Shown in pieces: positions 9,852 to 19,730 of a stretch of DNA of 64,000 nt; the first letter of the stretch is position 1, and the number at the start of each line of letters is the position of its first letter. The notes beneath the pieces are model-generated. The model was given only the letters and a program-made list of their open reading frames with translations, was not told where the DNA came from and searched no databases. This DNA comes from Candidatus Latescibacterota bacterium (GTDB lineage Bacteria > Latescibacterota > UBA2968 > GCA-2709665): NCBI GenBank assembly GCA_963667175.2, contig CAXXXF010000017.1:39044-103043 (forward strand). Reading direction: 5' to 3'. Made by a program: the position numbers and the translations under genes.

Positions 9852-11552
9852 GTGCTCTGCCGCCTGCTGGTCGTCAACTATGCGTTGATCGACAGAGTTG
9901 AAATTGAATTCGGGCCCGGGCTGAACATCATTACGGGTGAAACCGGCGCGGGCAAATCCATCCTCATCGGCGCCCTGGGTCTGGTACTCGGAACGCGAGC
10001 GAGCCCGGACGTGATCCGGACGAGCGAGAAACGGTGTCTTGTCGAGGCCATTTTCCAGCTGAAATCCGATCACCGGTGTCTGCCGCTTCTGGACGCCATG
10101 GGCATCGAGGCCGAGCACGGTGAACTCATCATCCGCCGGGAGATCGTCGCGAACGGCCGCAGTCGCTGTTTCGTAAACGGTCTGGCCGTCCCCGTCCGTG
10201 GGCTGCTCGACCTGGCCCGGGCCCTGGTCGACCTTCACGGACAACACGATCACCAGTCGCTGCTCTACGCGGAACGTCATATCGACTTTCTGGACGGGTT
10301 CGGCAGGCTCGGCGAACTCCGGGAATCGGTCGGTATCGCCCACGGTCGTCTGGCGAACCTGCTCGCGAAGCGGGAAAACGCCGACGCCGAAGCACGGCGC
10401 ATGCGCGACCGGCGGGAACTTCTCGAATTTCAGGTTGAAGAAATCGCCGCGGCAGACCCGGAACCGGACGAAGACGAGCGGCTCTTGCAGGAACGATCGC
10501 TGCTCACCCACGCCGAACGACTGATTGAAACCGCCGTCAACCTGGAAACCCTGCTCTATCAGGGAGACGATTCCATCGTGGATCGCCTGGGCGCGGCAGA
10601 GCGCCTCCTGAACGACGCCGTGCAGATGGACGAATCGCTCCGTCTTCAAGCCGATGAATTGATCGCCCAGCGTTATGCCATTGAGGAAATCGCCCGTTTC
10701 TTTTCGGAGTACGCACGCGGCGTCGAGCACGACCCGGAACGCCTGGCGGAGGTCAGCGGGCGCCTGGACCTCCTGGCGCATCTGAAGAAGAAATTCGGCG
10801 GCAGCCTGGAAACGGTGCTTGCGTATCGTGAGAACGCGGAGAAGGAACTGGCGCAGTCGGAGCGTCTGGACCGTTCGCTGGCCGAGGTTGAGGGAGACAT
10901 CGACTCCGCCCGCGCCGGCCTGGCGGACCTGTGCGCCCGGCTTTCCGGAGCGCGCGAAGCCGCCGCGCGAGACCTCGCGCGCGCAACGATGGATGCGCTC
11001 GGAGACCTGGGGATTCCGCGGGCCGACTTCCGCGTCGAGCTGATCCGGGACGAGTCGCCCGACGGCTGGGTAAACCTGGAAAACCGGCGGTTTCGCGTGG
11101 GCCCGAAGGGCATCGAGCGCGTGGAATTCCACGTTTCCACGAACCCCGGCGAAGCCCTCAGGCCGCTGGTCAGAGTGGCTTCCGGCGGTGAGGTGTCCCG
11201 GATCATGCTGGCGCTCAAATCCGTGCTCTCCCAATCCGATCCGGTACAGGTCCTCATCTTCGACGAAATCGATATCGGCATATCCGGACGCATCGCCGAC
11301 GTGGTGGGCAGGAAGCTCAAGAGCCTGTCGTGCGCGCGCCAGACCATCTGCATAACCCATCTCCCACAGATTGCCAGAATGGCGGATACCCACCTTGCCG
11401 TGCACAAGGCCCTGTCGAACGGGCGCACCGTGACCCGGGTGGCGCGCCTCGGCGACGACGACAGAGCGCGCGAAATCGCCAAGTTGCTCGGCGGCGAGAA
11501 AATCTCGGACCTTAGCATGGAACACGCCCGCGAATTGCTGAGTCAGAACTGA
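9852..11552 (+). CDS. recN: DNA repair protein RecN
   Basis: Walker A ITGETGAGKSI, long coiled coil, signature ASGGEVSRIMLALK, Walker B VLIFDEID. Confidence 0.93.
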   Translation: MLCRLLVVNYALIDRVEIEFGPGLNIITGETGAGKSILIGALGLVLGTRASPDVIRTSEKRCLVEAIFQLKSDHRCLPLLDAMGIEAEHGELIIRREIVANGRSRCFVNGLAVPVRGLLDLARALVDLHGQHDHQSLLYAERHIDFLDGFGRLGELRESVGIAHGRLANLLAKRENADAEARRMRDRRELLEFQVEEIAAADPEPDEDERLLQERSLLTHAERLIETAVNLETLLYQGDDSIVDRLGAAERLLNDAVQMDESLRLQADELIAQRYAIEEIARFFSEYARGVEHDPERLAEVSGRLDLLAHLKKKFGGSLETVLAYRENAEKELAQSERLDRSLAEVEGDIDSARAGLADLCARLSGAREAAARDLARATMDALGDLGIPRADFRVELIRDESPDGWVNLENRRFRVGPKGIERVEFHVSTNPGEALRPLVRVASGGEVSRIMLALKSVLSQSDPVQVLIFDEIDIGISGRIADVVGRKLKSLSCARQTICITHLPQIARMADTHLAVHKALSNGRTVTRVARLGDDDRAREIAKLLGGEKISDLSMEHARELLSQN

Positions 11553-11616
11553 AGGCGCGCATACGGGGCCGCCCGCGAGGGTCGCCGCCGTCTGGCGCGA
11601 AGGGAAGGACTTCCCG

Positions 11617-12769
11617 GTGAAACCGAAGATTCCGAACCAGCTTGACGACGTTTACGGGAAAGTCATTGCCGGCGAAAGGCTCTCTGCCGACGACGGGTTG
11701 CGGCTTTACGATTCGCCGCATCTCAACGCGGTGGGGTACATGGCCAATATCGTACGCGAGCGTCTCTGCGGCAACGTGGCCTGGTACGTGCGCAACCAGC
11801 ATATCAACTATACCAACGTCTGCAACAAGCTCTGCAGATTCTGCTCCTTTTACGTGCCGCCGAAAGACAGCCGGGGGTACGTACTTTGGCCTGAAGACGT
11901 CCAGGAACGGGTCAGACAGTATCTGCACATTCCCATCACCGAAATCCATATGGTCGCGGGAATCAATCCCAAACTTCCCTATTCCTACTATATCGACATC
12001 GTACAGGCGGTGAAGGAAGTCCGCCCGGAGGTCGCCGTAAAGGCCTTTACGGCGATTGAATGGGTGCAGATCGCCAGAATCGCAAAAAAAACCGCTCCGG
12101 GAGGTGATGGTGGAACTCAAGGCTGCCGGGGTGTCGTCGATCCCGGGCGGAGGCGCCGAAGTCTTCAGCGATCGGGTGCAGGCGGAGATGTTCTGGACCA
12201 AGGCCGACTCCGACGAGTGGATGCGGGTTGCCCGCACCGCACACGAAGTGGGGCTGCCCACCAATGCCACGATGCTCTACGGCCACGTCGAGAATCCGGA
12301 CGAACGGGTTCAGCACCTGGTCAGCCTGAGAGAGCTTCAGGACGAGACCGGCGGTTTTCTGGCCTACATTCCGCTTTCCTTTCACCCTGAACGAACCGAA
12401 CTGGAAGACCTGCCCGCCCCCACGGGCGAGGCCGACCTGCGCGAAATCGCCGTCGCACGACTCATGCTGGACAATTTTCCGCACATCAAGACGTTCTGGA
12501 TCATGAACACCATCGAAATTTCTCAGGTGGCGCTCTGGTACGGCGCCGACGACATCGACGGCACCATCCAGGAGTACGAAATCACCAGGCGAACGTACGA
12601 AGAGACCCGGCAGGTGCTCACCCGGAGACAACTGGTGGAACGCATTGTGGAAGCGGGAAGGGTACCCGCGGAACGCGACAATCTCTACAACGAACTCGAA
12701 ACGCCGGGGGAGATCCCCGAAGACGAGGGTCCTCCGGTCATTCCCGGTGGGAAGTCCGTGTTGCCGTGA
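11617..12769 (+). pseudogene. radical-SAM MqnC/MqnE-family menaquinone (futalosine pathway) enzyme interrupted by a +1 frameshift in an A8 run (12084-12091)
   Basis: Frame 1 reads ...CNKLCRFCSF...AIEWVQIARIAKK. Frame 2 continues PLREVMVELKAAGVSSIPGGGAEVF...TMLYGHVE. Both out-of-frame continuations are Arg/Gly/Pro-rich nonsense. Confidence 0.8.
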
Positions 12770-12865
12770 AACACGTCGAGGACCGTCGAATCGCCGTTGC
12801 GCCCCCTCGGGAGAATCGTCGTCGCCAACAGGGGCAATGAGACGTACGGCAGGGAGAACCGATCG

Positions 12866-13966
12866 ATGATCGATGACATCGCGGAAAAAATCGACGCTGA
12901 AGAGCGCATCACGATGGAAGACGCCAGGCGGCTGATGGCGCATCCGAACGTCACGGAGCTGGGCATGCTTGCGGATACGGTACGCAGACGCAGGTGGCCG
13001 GAAGACGTGGTGACCTACAACGTCGGCCGCAACATCAACTACACCAACGTCTGCTGGGTGCGCTGCGATTTCTGCGCTTTCTACCGTCCACCCGGATCCG
13101 AGGAAGGATACGTCCTGCCACGGGAACAGATCTTTCGGAAAATCGACGAACTGGTGGCCGCGGGCGGGAAGGCCCCCAAGTCGAACGAGATCCTCATGCA
13201 GGGCGGCCTGAATCCCAGACTGCGCATCGACTACTATGAAGATCTCTTCTCCAGCATCCGGGAACGATATCCGTCGGTCCACCAGCACTGCCTCTCGGCC
13301 ACCGAGATCATTTATATAGCCCACATATCACGACTGTCCATCCGGGACTGTATTCGCCGCCTTCGGGACGCAGGTCTGGATTCCATTCCGGGCGCCGGCG
13401 CCGAGATTCTCTCGGACGAGGTGCGCGACGTCATCGGTTACCGCAAAGACCGGGTGCACGAGTGGCTGGCGGTACACCGCGCCGCGCACGAACTGGACAT
13501 GCGAACGACCGCCACCATGATGTACGGCCACGTCGAATCCGTTGACCAGCGCCTCGAACATCTGAAACACGTCCGGGACCTCCAGGACGACACCGGCGGC
13601 ATGACCGCTTTCATTGCGTGGAACTTTCAGCCGGACGACACCGATCTGGCCGCGGACAACACCCGCTGGAACGGGAAGAAAGCCACCGGCTACGACTATC
13701 TCCGCACGATTGCCGTCTCCCGCCTCTTCCTGGACAATATCCCGAGTTTTCAAGCCTCGTGGGTGACGCAGGGTCCCAAGATCGCCCAGGTCGGCCTCAA
13801 ATACGGCGTCAATGACTTCGGGAGCACCATGATGGAGGAGAACGTCGTCTCCGCCGCAGGTACAAGCCACACGGACGACATGAGTCTTCCGACGATGTTA
13901 CGTCTCATCCGGGGCGCCGGCTACCGGCCGGCGAGACGAAACACCCGGTACGAAATGGTGAACTGA
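12866..13966 (+). CDS. radical-SAM MqnC/MqnE-family enzyme (paralogue of the preceding gene)
   Basis: CWVRCDFCAF (CxxxCxxC), LDSIPGAGAEILSDEV, TMMYGHVES. I cannot tell MqnC from MqnE by eye. Confidence 0.85.
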   Translation: MIDDIAEKIDAEERITMEDARRLMAHPNVTELGMLADTVRRRRWPEDVVTYNVGRNINYTNVCWVRCDFCAFYRPPGSEEGYVLPREQIFRKIDELVAAGGKAPKSNEILMQGGLNPRLRIDYYEDLFSSIRERYPSVHQHCLSATEIIYIAHISRLSIRDCIRRLRDAGLDSIPGAGAEILSDEVRDVIGYRKDRVHEWLAVHRAAHELDMRTTATMMYGHVESVDQRLEHLKHVRDLQDDTGGMTAFIAWNFQPDDTDLAADNTRWNGKKATGYDYLRTIAVSRLFLDNIPSFQASWVTQGPKIAQVGLKYGVNDFGSTMMEENVVSAAGTSHTDDMSLPTMLRLIRGAGYRPARRNTRYEMVN

Positions 13967-13977
13967 AAGCCGCGCGA

Positions 13978-14778
13978 ATGACAACCCGCCTTGGTGTGGT
14001 CTCTTTCCTGAACACACAGCCGCTCGTGCACGCCCTGGAGACCGGTCGAATCGAACACAGCTTCGACTTTACCTACGACGTGCCGTCCCGCTGCGCGGAA
14101 CGCCTTCACCGAGGCGAGACCGACGTTGCCCTCATCCCCTCCATCGAAATCGCGCGCGGACTCGATCCCTACAGCGTCGTGCCCGAGGTCAGTATCTCCT
14201 CCCGGGGTCCGGTCGGAAGCGTTCTGCTCCTGCTTCGAAGAGATCCAGCCGACGTCCGGACGCTTGCCCTCGACGCGAACTCCCGGACGTCCACCGTCCT
14301 CAGCCGCATCGTGTTGCAACGAAAACACCGGTGCAGGCCCGAGATCTTACACCAGCCCCCGGACGCCGGGCGCATGCTGGATCATGCGGATGCAGCCGTC
14401 ATCATCGGAGACGCGGCGCTCGCCCTGGAGAAAGGGTCATATCGTGTCGTTGACCTTGGTGAGGCCTGGACCGCACTCACGGGGCTTCCGTTTGTCTACG
14501 CCTGCTGGACGGGAAGGTCGGACGCACTGAGTCCGGATCAGACCGGGCAGCTGATCTGCGCCAAGGCCCTGGGCGTCCGTGAGGTTCCGTCCATCGCAAG
14601 GACCTATGCCGCTTCGCATCCTCGATCCGCCGGATTCTATACCGACTACATGGCCAGGAAGATCCAATATGACTTCGGCCGGGCCGAACAGGAGGGCCTC
14701 AGCCTCTTTTTCAGATACGCCCTTGAAGCGGGTTGTGTCGAGAACATCCCGAGAATGCGATTCTACGCACAATCCTGA
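13978..14778 (+). CDS. mqnA: MqnA/MqnD-family protein (chorismate dehydratase-like)
   Basis: LGVVSFLNTQPLVHAL...DVALIPSIE is the family hallmark. It is adjacent to the mqn radical-SAM genes. Confidence 0.7.
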   Translation: MTTRLGVVSFLNTQPLVHALETGRIEHSFDFTYDVPSRCAERLHRGETDVALIPSIEIARGLDPYSVVPEVSISSRGPVGSVLLLLRRDPADVRTLALDANSRTSTVLSRIVLQRKHRCRPEILHQPPDAGRMLDHADAAVIIGDAALALEKGSYRVVDLGEAWTALTGLPFVYACWTGRSDALSPDQTGQLICAKALGVREVPSIARTYAASHPRSAGFYTDYMARKIQYDFGRAEQEGLSLFFRYALEAGCVENIPRMRFYAQS

Positions 14779-14814
14779 CACATCCGACCGAAAGTCGGAG
14801 GGAGGGACTCAACC

Positions 14815-15867
14815 ATGCCCAGAACCGGCCGCGCCTCGGTTCTCGTCGGCGAACGATTTGAAGTCCGGGAGTTCCCGGTCCCGGAACCGGCGCCCGGAAC
14901 GGTCCTGTTGAGACAGGAACTCGCCGGCATCTGCGGAACTGACCTGCACAACTGGGAATACCAGAGACTGGACGACGAGATCATCCTGGGGCACGAGAAC
15001 GTGGGGATCGTCGACAGACTCGGCGACGGTGTGACCCACGATCACCTGGGTCGTCCCGTCAGACCCGGCGACCGGATCGCCCTTGTGCCGGGCACGTCTC
15101 AAGGCGCGTACGGATTCATCCCTGCCGGAGAGCAGCCCTATCTCCGCGGCGGCTTTGCCGAATACATCTATCTCTGGAATCCGGAGACCGTCTTCTTCAA
15201 GACCGATCTGCCCGCCGAGGTCGCCGTTCTGCTCGAGCCCTTCACGATCGGCGTACACGGCGTGATGCGGGCGGGGATCCGATTCGGAGACACCGTCGTC
15301 GTTCAGGGTTCCGGCGCCATCGGCCTTGTCACCCTCATCTGCGCGAAGGTCAGCGGCGCCGGCCGGTTGATCATGGTCGGCGGGCCCCCGGGACGCCTGG
15401 CGCTCGCACGGGAAATCGGCGCGGACGTCACGGTCGACATCGCCGACGTCCCGGACCCGGAAGTACGAAAGCAAATGGTTCGGGACGCCACGCCGAAGGG
15501 GGCCGGCGCCGACGTCGTCTTCGAGTGCGCGGGCTTTCTGCAAGCCATCCCTGAGGGTCTGGATTATCTCCGTCAGGACGGCACGTACGTCGAAATGGGC
15601 CATTTCGTAGACGTCGGTTCCTTCGAATGCAATCCCAATCGGATGTTCATGCGCAAGAACCTGCGTTTCGAAGCGGTCTGGGCGAGTTACCCGGAACACT
15701 TCGTGCGCGGACTTCCCATCCTGGAGAGGAACGAGTTCCCCTTTGCGGATATGGTCAGCCACACCATCCCGCTGGACCGCGTGCCCGAAGGCTTCAACGC
15801 CCTGGCCGGCAGCTATCGCCTGGACGGGAAGGACGCCATCAAGATTGCGGTGTCCGGAAGTCTGTAG
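14815..15867 (+). CDS. zinc-dependent medium-chain alcohol dehydrogenase family protein
   Basis: ICGTDLH, GHENVGIV and the Rossmann motif VVVQGSGAIGL. Confidence 0.8.
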   Translation: MPRTGRASVLVGERFEVREFPVPEPAPGTVLLRQELAGICGTDLHNWEYQRLDDEIILGHENVGIVDRLGDGVTHDHLGRPVRPGDRIALVPGTSQGAYGFIPAGEQPYLRGGFAEYIYLWNPETVFFKTDLPAEVAVLLEPFTIGVHGVMRAGIRFGDTVVVQGSGAIGLVTLICAKVSGAGRLIMVGGPPGRLALAREIGADVTVDIADVPDPEVRKQMVRDATPKGAGADVVFECAGFLQAIPEGLDYLRQDGTYVEMGHFVDVGSFECNPNRMFMRKNLRFEAVWASYPEHFVRGLPILERNEFPFADMVSHTIPLDRVPEGFNALAGSYRLDGKDAIKIAVSGSL

Positions 15868-15959
15868 ACCTAACCCTGTGTCGACATGAATTAAAGTCGC
15901 GCGCCGACCGCACCATCAGGTCCGGCCGCATCGCGTACCGACATCCGACGGCAGACACC

Positions 15960-17928
15960 ATGACGCTGCGCGCGCTCCTCGTCGGCCTGGCCATGGCCGT
16001 CTGGGTCAACCTATGGCCCACCTACTCCAGCCTCATCGCGCATTCCTCGCGCGCAGACTATGCGCACCTGTCGGTAGCCCTGCTGATTCCCTTCGTTTGC
16101 CTGCTCGGACTCAATCTGCCTCTCTATCGTCGAGGACGCGGCCTGTCGGCCTCGGAATTGCTGTCCATCTGCTGTATCGGAATGGTCGCTGCGACCATGC
16201 AGGGAGAGTGGCTCTCGGGATATCTGCTGGGCGTGGTTACGGCGCCCACCTATTTTGCGACACCCGAGAATCAATGGGCCGAACACCTGCTCTCCAGGGT
16301 CCCCTCCTGGACCATTGTCGCGGATCGAACGGCCGCAACGGGCTTCTACGAGAGTCTGTTCAAGGGCCAGGAATTCCCCTGGAGCGCCTGGGCGGCGCCG
16401 GTTTTCTGGTGGGGCGGATTCCTCGGTTCGGTGCTCACCGTCAGCTTCTGCCTGGTCGTCATTCTGCGCAAACAGTGGATGGACAACGAACGCCTCACGT
16501 TCCCGATCGCCACCGCCGTGCTGGAGCTCACCGGCGTTTCCGGTTCCGGGCGCAGCCTGGCCACCCTGGTCCGGTCACGCCTGTTTCCGGTTCGGTTTCT
16601 GGCTGGTCGTCGCCATCTTCTGCTGGAATATCGCGACCTGGTTCGTCAGGGCCATACCCGTCCTGGACGTACCCATGACGGTCCTCAGCCGCAAGGTGAT
16701 CCGGATCGGCGAGGGTTTCCCCTACTTTGCATTTTCCATCCATCCGATGACGATCGCGTTCGCGTACTTCACCGAATCCAGCGTCCTGTTCAGCATCTGG
16801 CTCTTCCACCTTCTGGCCATCCTGCAGGTGGGCGTCTTCAACCGCCTGGGCTTCAGTATCGGCGGTTCTGATATGTGGTGCTCCTTCGATCCCGCCATCG
16901 GCTGGCAGAGCTTCGGCGGTCTCACGGTGTTTGCGGGCTGGGGGCTCTGGGTTGCCCGGAGCCACCTGGCCGCGGTATTCAGGAAGGCCTTAGCGCGCGG
17001 TGCGAGCGCCAGAGGTACGGGCGCAGTCGACGACGTCGACGACGCTAACGAACTCATCTCCTACCGTACGGCGGTAGTTCTGCTCCTGGCCGGATGCGCG
17101 TACCTGCTCGTGTGGCTTTTCCGCGCGGGGATGGCCGCCGGCCCCCTGATCGCTTTCTGGTTCGCCACCCTCGCGCTCTACCTGGGTCTGGCGCGCATTA
17201 TCGTGGAAAGCGGCCTCGTGTATCTGCGCGGCCCCATTACGGCGCAGGCGTTTACGTGGCACCTTTTCGGCATTTCCGGAATGGGTCCGCACAGCGCGGT
17301 TGCCCTGGGCCTGACCTACACCTTTTTCTGCGACGCAAAGACCTGGGCGATCACCGCCCTGGCCCACGTCCCCAGGCTGGGCGTGGCCATGCGGCCCGAA
17401 CGCCGAAGGCTGCTGGCGCCCGGCGTTCTCCTGGGCGCCCTTGGCGGCGCCTTTTCCGTGATCGCCTTCATTCTCTACCACGGCTATTACGGCGTGGGCA
17501 GCTACAACTTCGGCGTGGTCAGCTTCAACGGCTCCGGCGACGGTGCCGTTGGCATCTGGCGTTATACGGCCGCCCGCATCCAGCAGGGGACGGCCGGCAC
17601 AAGCTGGGACCGCGTCGGGTTCTTCGGCATCGGCGCCGCGTTCACCGGCCTCCTCGTCTTCCTGCGATACCGCTTTCCGGGATTCCCCATTCATCCCATC
17701 GGATTCACCATTTCCGCCTCCAACGTGCTCAGAAGCAGCGTCACCTCCATTTTCATCGCGTGGTTCACCAAAGCCCTTATCATGAGATTCGGCGGCCTCA
17801 ACAGCTACAGACGCCTGACACCCCTCTTTCTGGGCATGTTCATGGGATACCTCGTAGGCGTGGGTCTGGGCGTCGTCGCGGACGTTATCTGGTTCAACGG
17901 AGACGGTCACAAACTGAATGACTGGTAG
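15960..17928 (+). pseudogene. large polytopic membrane protein of unknown function, about 655 aa, interrupted by a +1 frameshift near 16584-16587 (TTT run)
   Basis: Hydrophobic reading MTLRALLVGLAMAV...SLATLVRSRLF in frame 0 continues as RFGFWLVVAIFCWNIATWF... in frame 1. The alternative continuations are Arg/Pro-rich nonsense. Confidence 0.6.
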
Positions 17929-18028
17929 GAAGCTGTTTCAAAATCCTGTGCGCCGAATAGAAATCCTGTTTATCTTCAGTCGGCAATCCAAATCGGCCCG
18001 GCGCCACGCCTCTCCGAAGGTGCACCGC

Positions 18029-19594
18029 ATGACGTTCGACGTCCTCATCCGCAACGGCCTCATCGTCGACGGGACAGGCCGTAGAGACCCGTTCCCGGCG
18101 GATATCGCCGTACATGGCGACCGGATCGCCGCCGTGGGCAGCCTTTCGAACGTTGAGGCGAAACGGGAGATCGATGCCCGCGGCCACGTGGTCTGCCCCG
18201 GATTCATCGACGTGCACGTGCATTGTGAGCCCGCGCTGCTGACCGGAAACCACCGCTTTGCGGGTGTCGTCCAGGGCGTTACGACGCAACTCCTCGCGCC
18301 CGACGGCTTCGGATGGGCGCCGTTGTCTCCGGACCTGCGAGGGCAGATGTGGGAGTACACACGGTTCGCCGCCGGATCGGCGGATCTGGACCTAACATGG
18401 GAATCCATTGAAGACTACCTGAACCTGTTTCCAGGGAACAGCCCCTGCAACGTCTACCCGCAGGCGCCCCACTGCGCCGTGCGCCTGAACGTCTGCGGCT
18501 GGTCGCCCGGTCCCGCCACCGATACGCAGATCGACGCCATGGCCGACCTGGTGCGGCAATGGATGGAAGCGGGCGCGGGCTGCCTCTGCCTGGGGCTGGA
18601 CTACCAGCCGAGCGCGAATTCCGACCTGCGCGAACTGGTTGAACTCTGCAAAGTGGCGGCGTCCTACGGCGGCATTTACGCGGCGCACATCCGCAACCAC
18701 ATTCTGGGCCGGGCGGATGCCTGGAAGGAGACCTTCGAGATCTTTCGGCAGTCCGGCATTCCCGTCCACCATTCCCACGAGCGGGCCGACCGGGAGGGCG
18801 CCGAGCTTCTCGAGAATGCCGACAGGGAGGATATCGATCTCACCTTCGAGTCCTATCTCTATCCCGCCGGCATGTCGCACATGACCATTATGCTTCCCGT
18901 CGAGGACCAGGTCGGCGCTCCGGCAGACGTCCTGGATCACCTGGCGGACCCCGGTGTGAAGAAACGGGTCCTTCCCCATCTCCGCGGCTGGCTGGGCGCG
19001 TGCAACCAGGTGGTAGGCCACACCCGATCAGGACGCTACGTCGGCGCCACACTGTCGGACCTGGCCGCCGGGGCAGGCGTCGCCCCGGAGGACTTCGCCT
19101 ACGATCTCATCCTGGAGGAGGAAGGCCTGTCCACGTACATTTTCCCGTGGCAGGACACCCCCGAAAACAACGAAACCACGGTCAGGAATACCGCAACGCA
19201 CCCGCGGATGATGGTCGCGAGCGACGGCATCTACAACGTGCGTCACCCCCACCCCAGGGGTTTCGGGTGCTTCGCCCGCGTACCAGGTGAGATCGTCCGC
19301 GAGAAGAACCTGATCTCTCTCGCGGAAGCCATCCACAAAATGAGCGGCTTCCCCGCCCGGCGATTCGGCCTTGCCGACCGTGGCGAAATCGCCGAAGGCA
19401 ACGCTGCCGACGTCGTGATCTTCGATCCTCAGACCGTCAACTCGACCGCCACGTTCGAGAACCCAACCGGAGGCCCCGTGGGGATCCCGTACGTGCTGGT
19501 CAACGGAACGCCGGCCGTGGATGGGGGCGCGCCCACCGGCGCGCTTCCGGGCAAGGTGCTGCGCCGCAACGCCTCGCCGGCGAGCCGACCATGA
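18029..19594 (+). CDS. N-acyl-D-amino-acid deacylase (D-aminoacylase) family amidohydrolase
   Basis: FDVLIRNGLIVDGTG...DIAVHGDRIAAVG...PGFIDVHVH and C-terminal ADVVIFDP. Confidence 0.75.
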   Translation: MTFDVLIRNGLIVDGTGRRDPFPADIAVHGDRIAAVGSLSNVEAKREIDARGHVVCPGFIDVHVHCEPALLTGNHRFAGVVQGVTTQLLAPDGFGWAPLSPDLRGQMWEYTRFAAGSADLDLTWESIEDYLNLFPGNSPCNVYPQAPHCAVRLNVCGWSPGPATDTQIDAMADLVRQWMEAGAGCLCLGLDYQPSANSDLRELVELCKVAASYGGIYAAHIRNHILGRADAWKETFEIFRQSGIPVHHSHERADREGAELLENADREDIDLTFESYLYPAGMSHMTIMLPVEDQVGAPADVLDHLADPGVKKRVLPHLRGWLGACNQVVGHTRSGRYVGATLSDLAAGAGVAPEDFAYDLILEEEGLSTYIFPWQDTPENNETTVRNTATHPRMMVASDGIYNVRHPHPRGFGCFARVPGEIVREKNLISLAEAIHKMSGFPARRFGLADRGEIAEGNAADVVIFDPQTVNSTATFENPTGGPVGIPYVLVNGTPAVDGGAPTGALPGKVLRRNASPASRP

Positions 19595-19730
19595 CGCACG
19601 CCCCGTACCCGCACGGTGCGACGTTTCGGACCCGGCCGTCATCCGACGCGCGCGCCGCCGCCAGCCGTTCGTTACCGACGTGTGCGTTGCAGCCACTACA
19701 AATCGATCAGAATCGAGAGGATGTCCAGTC

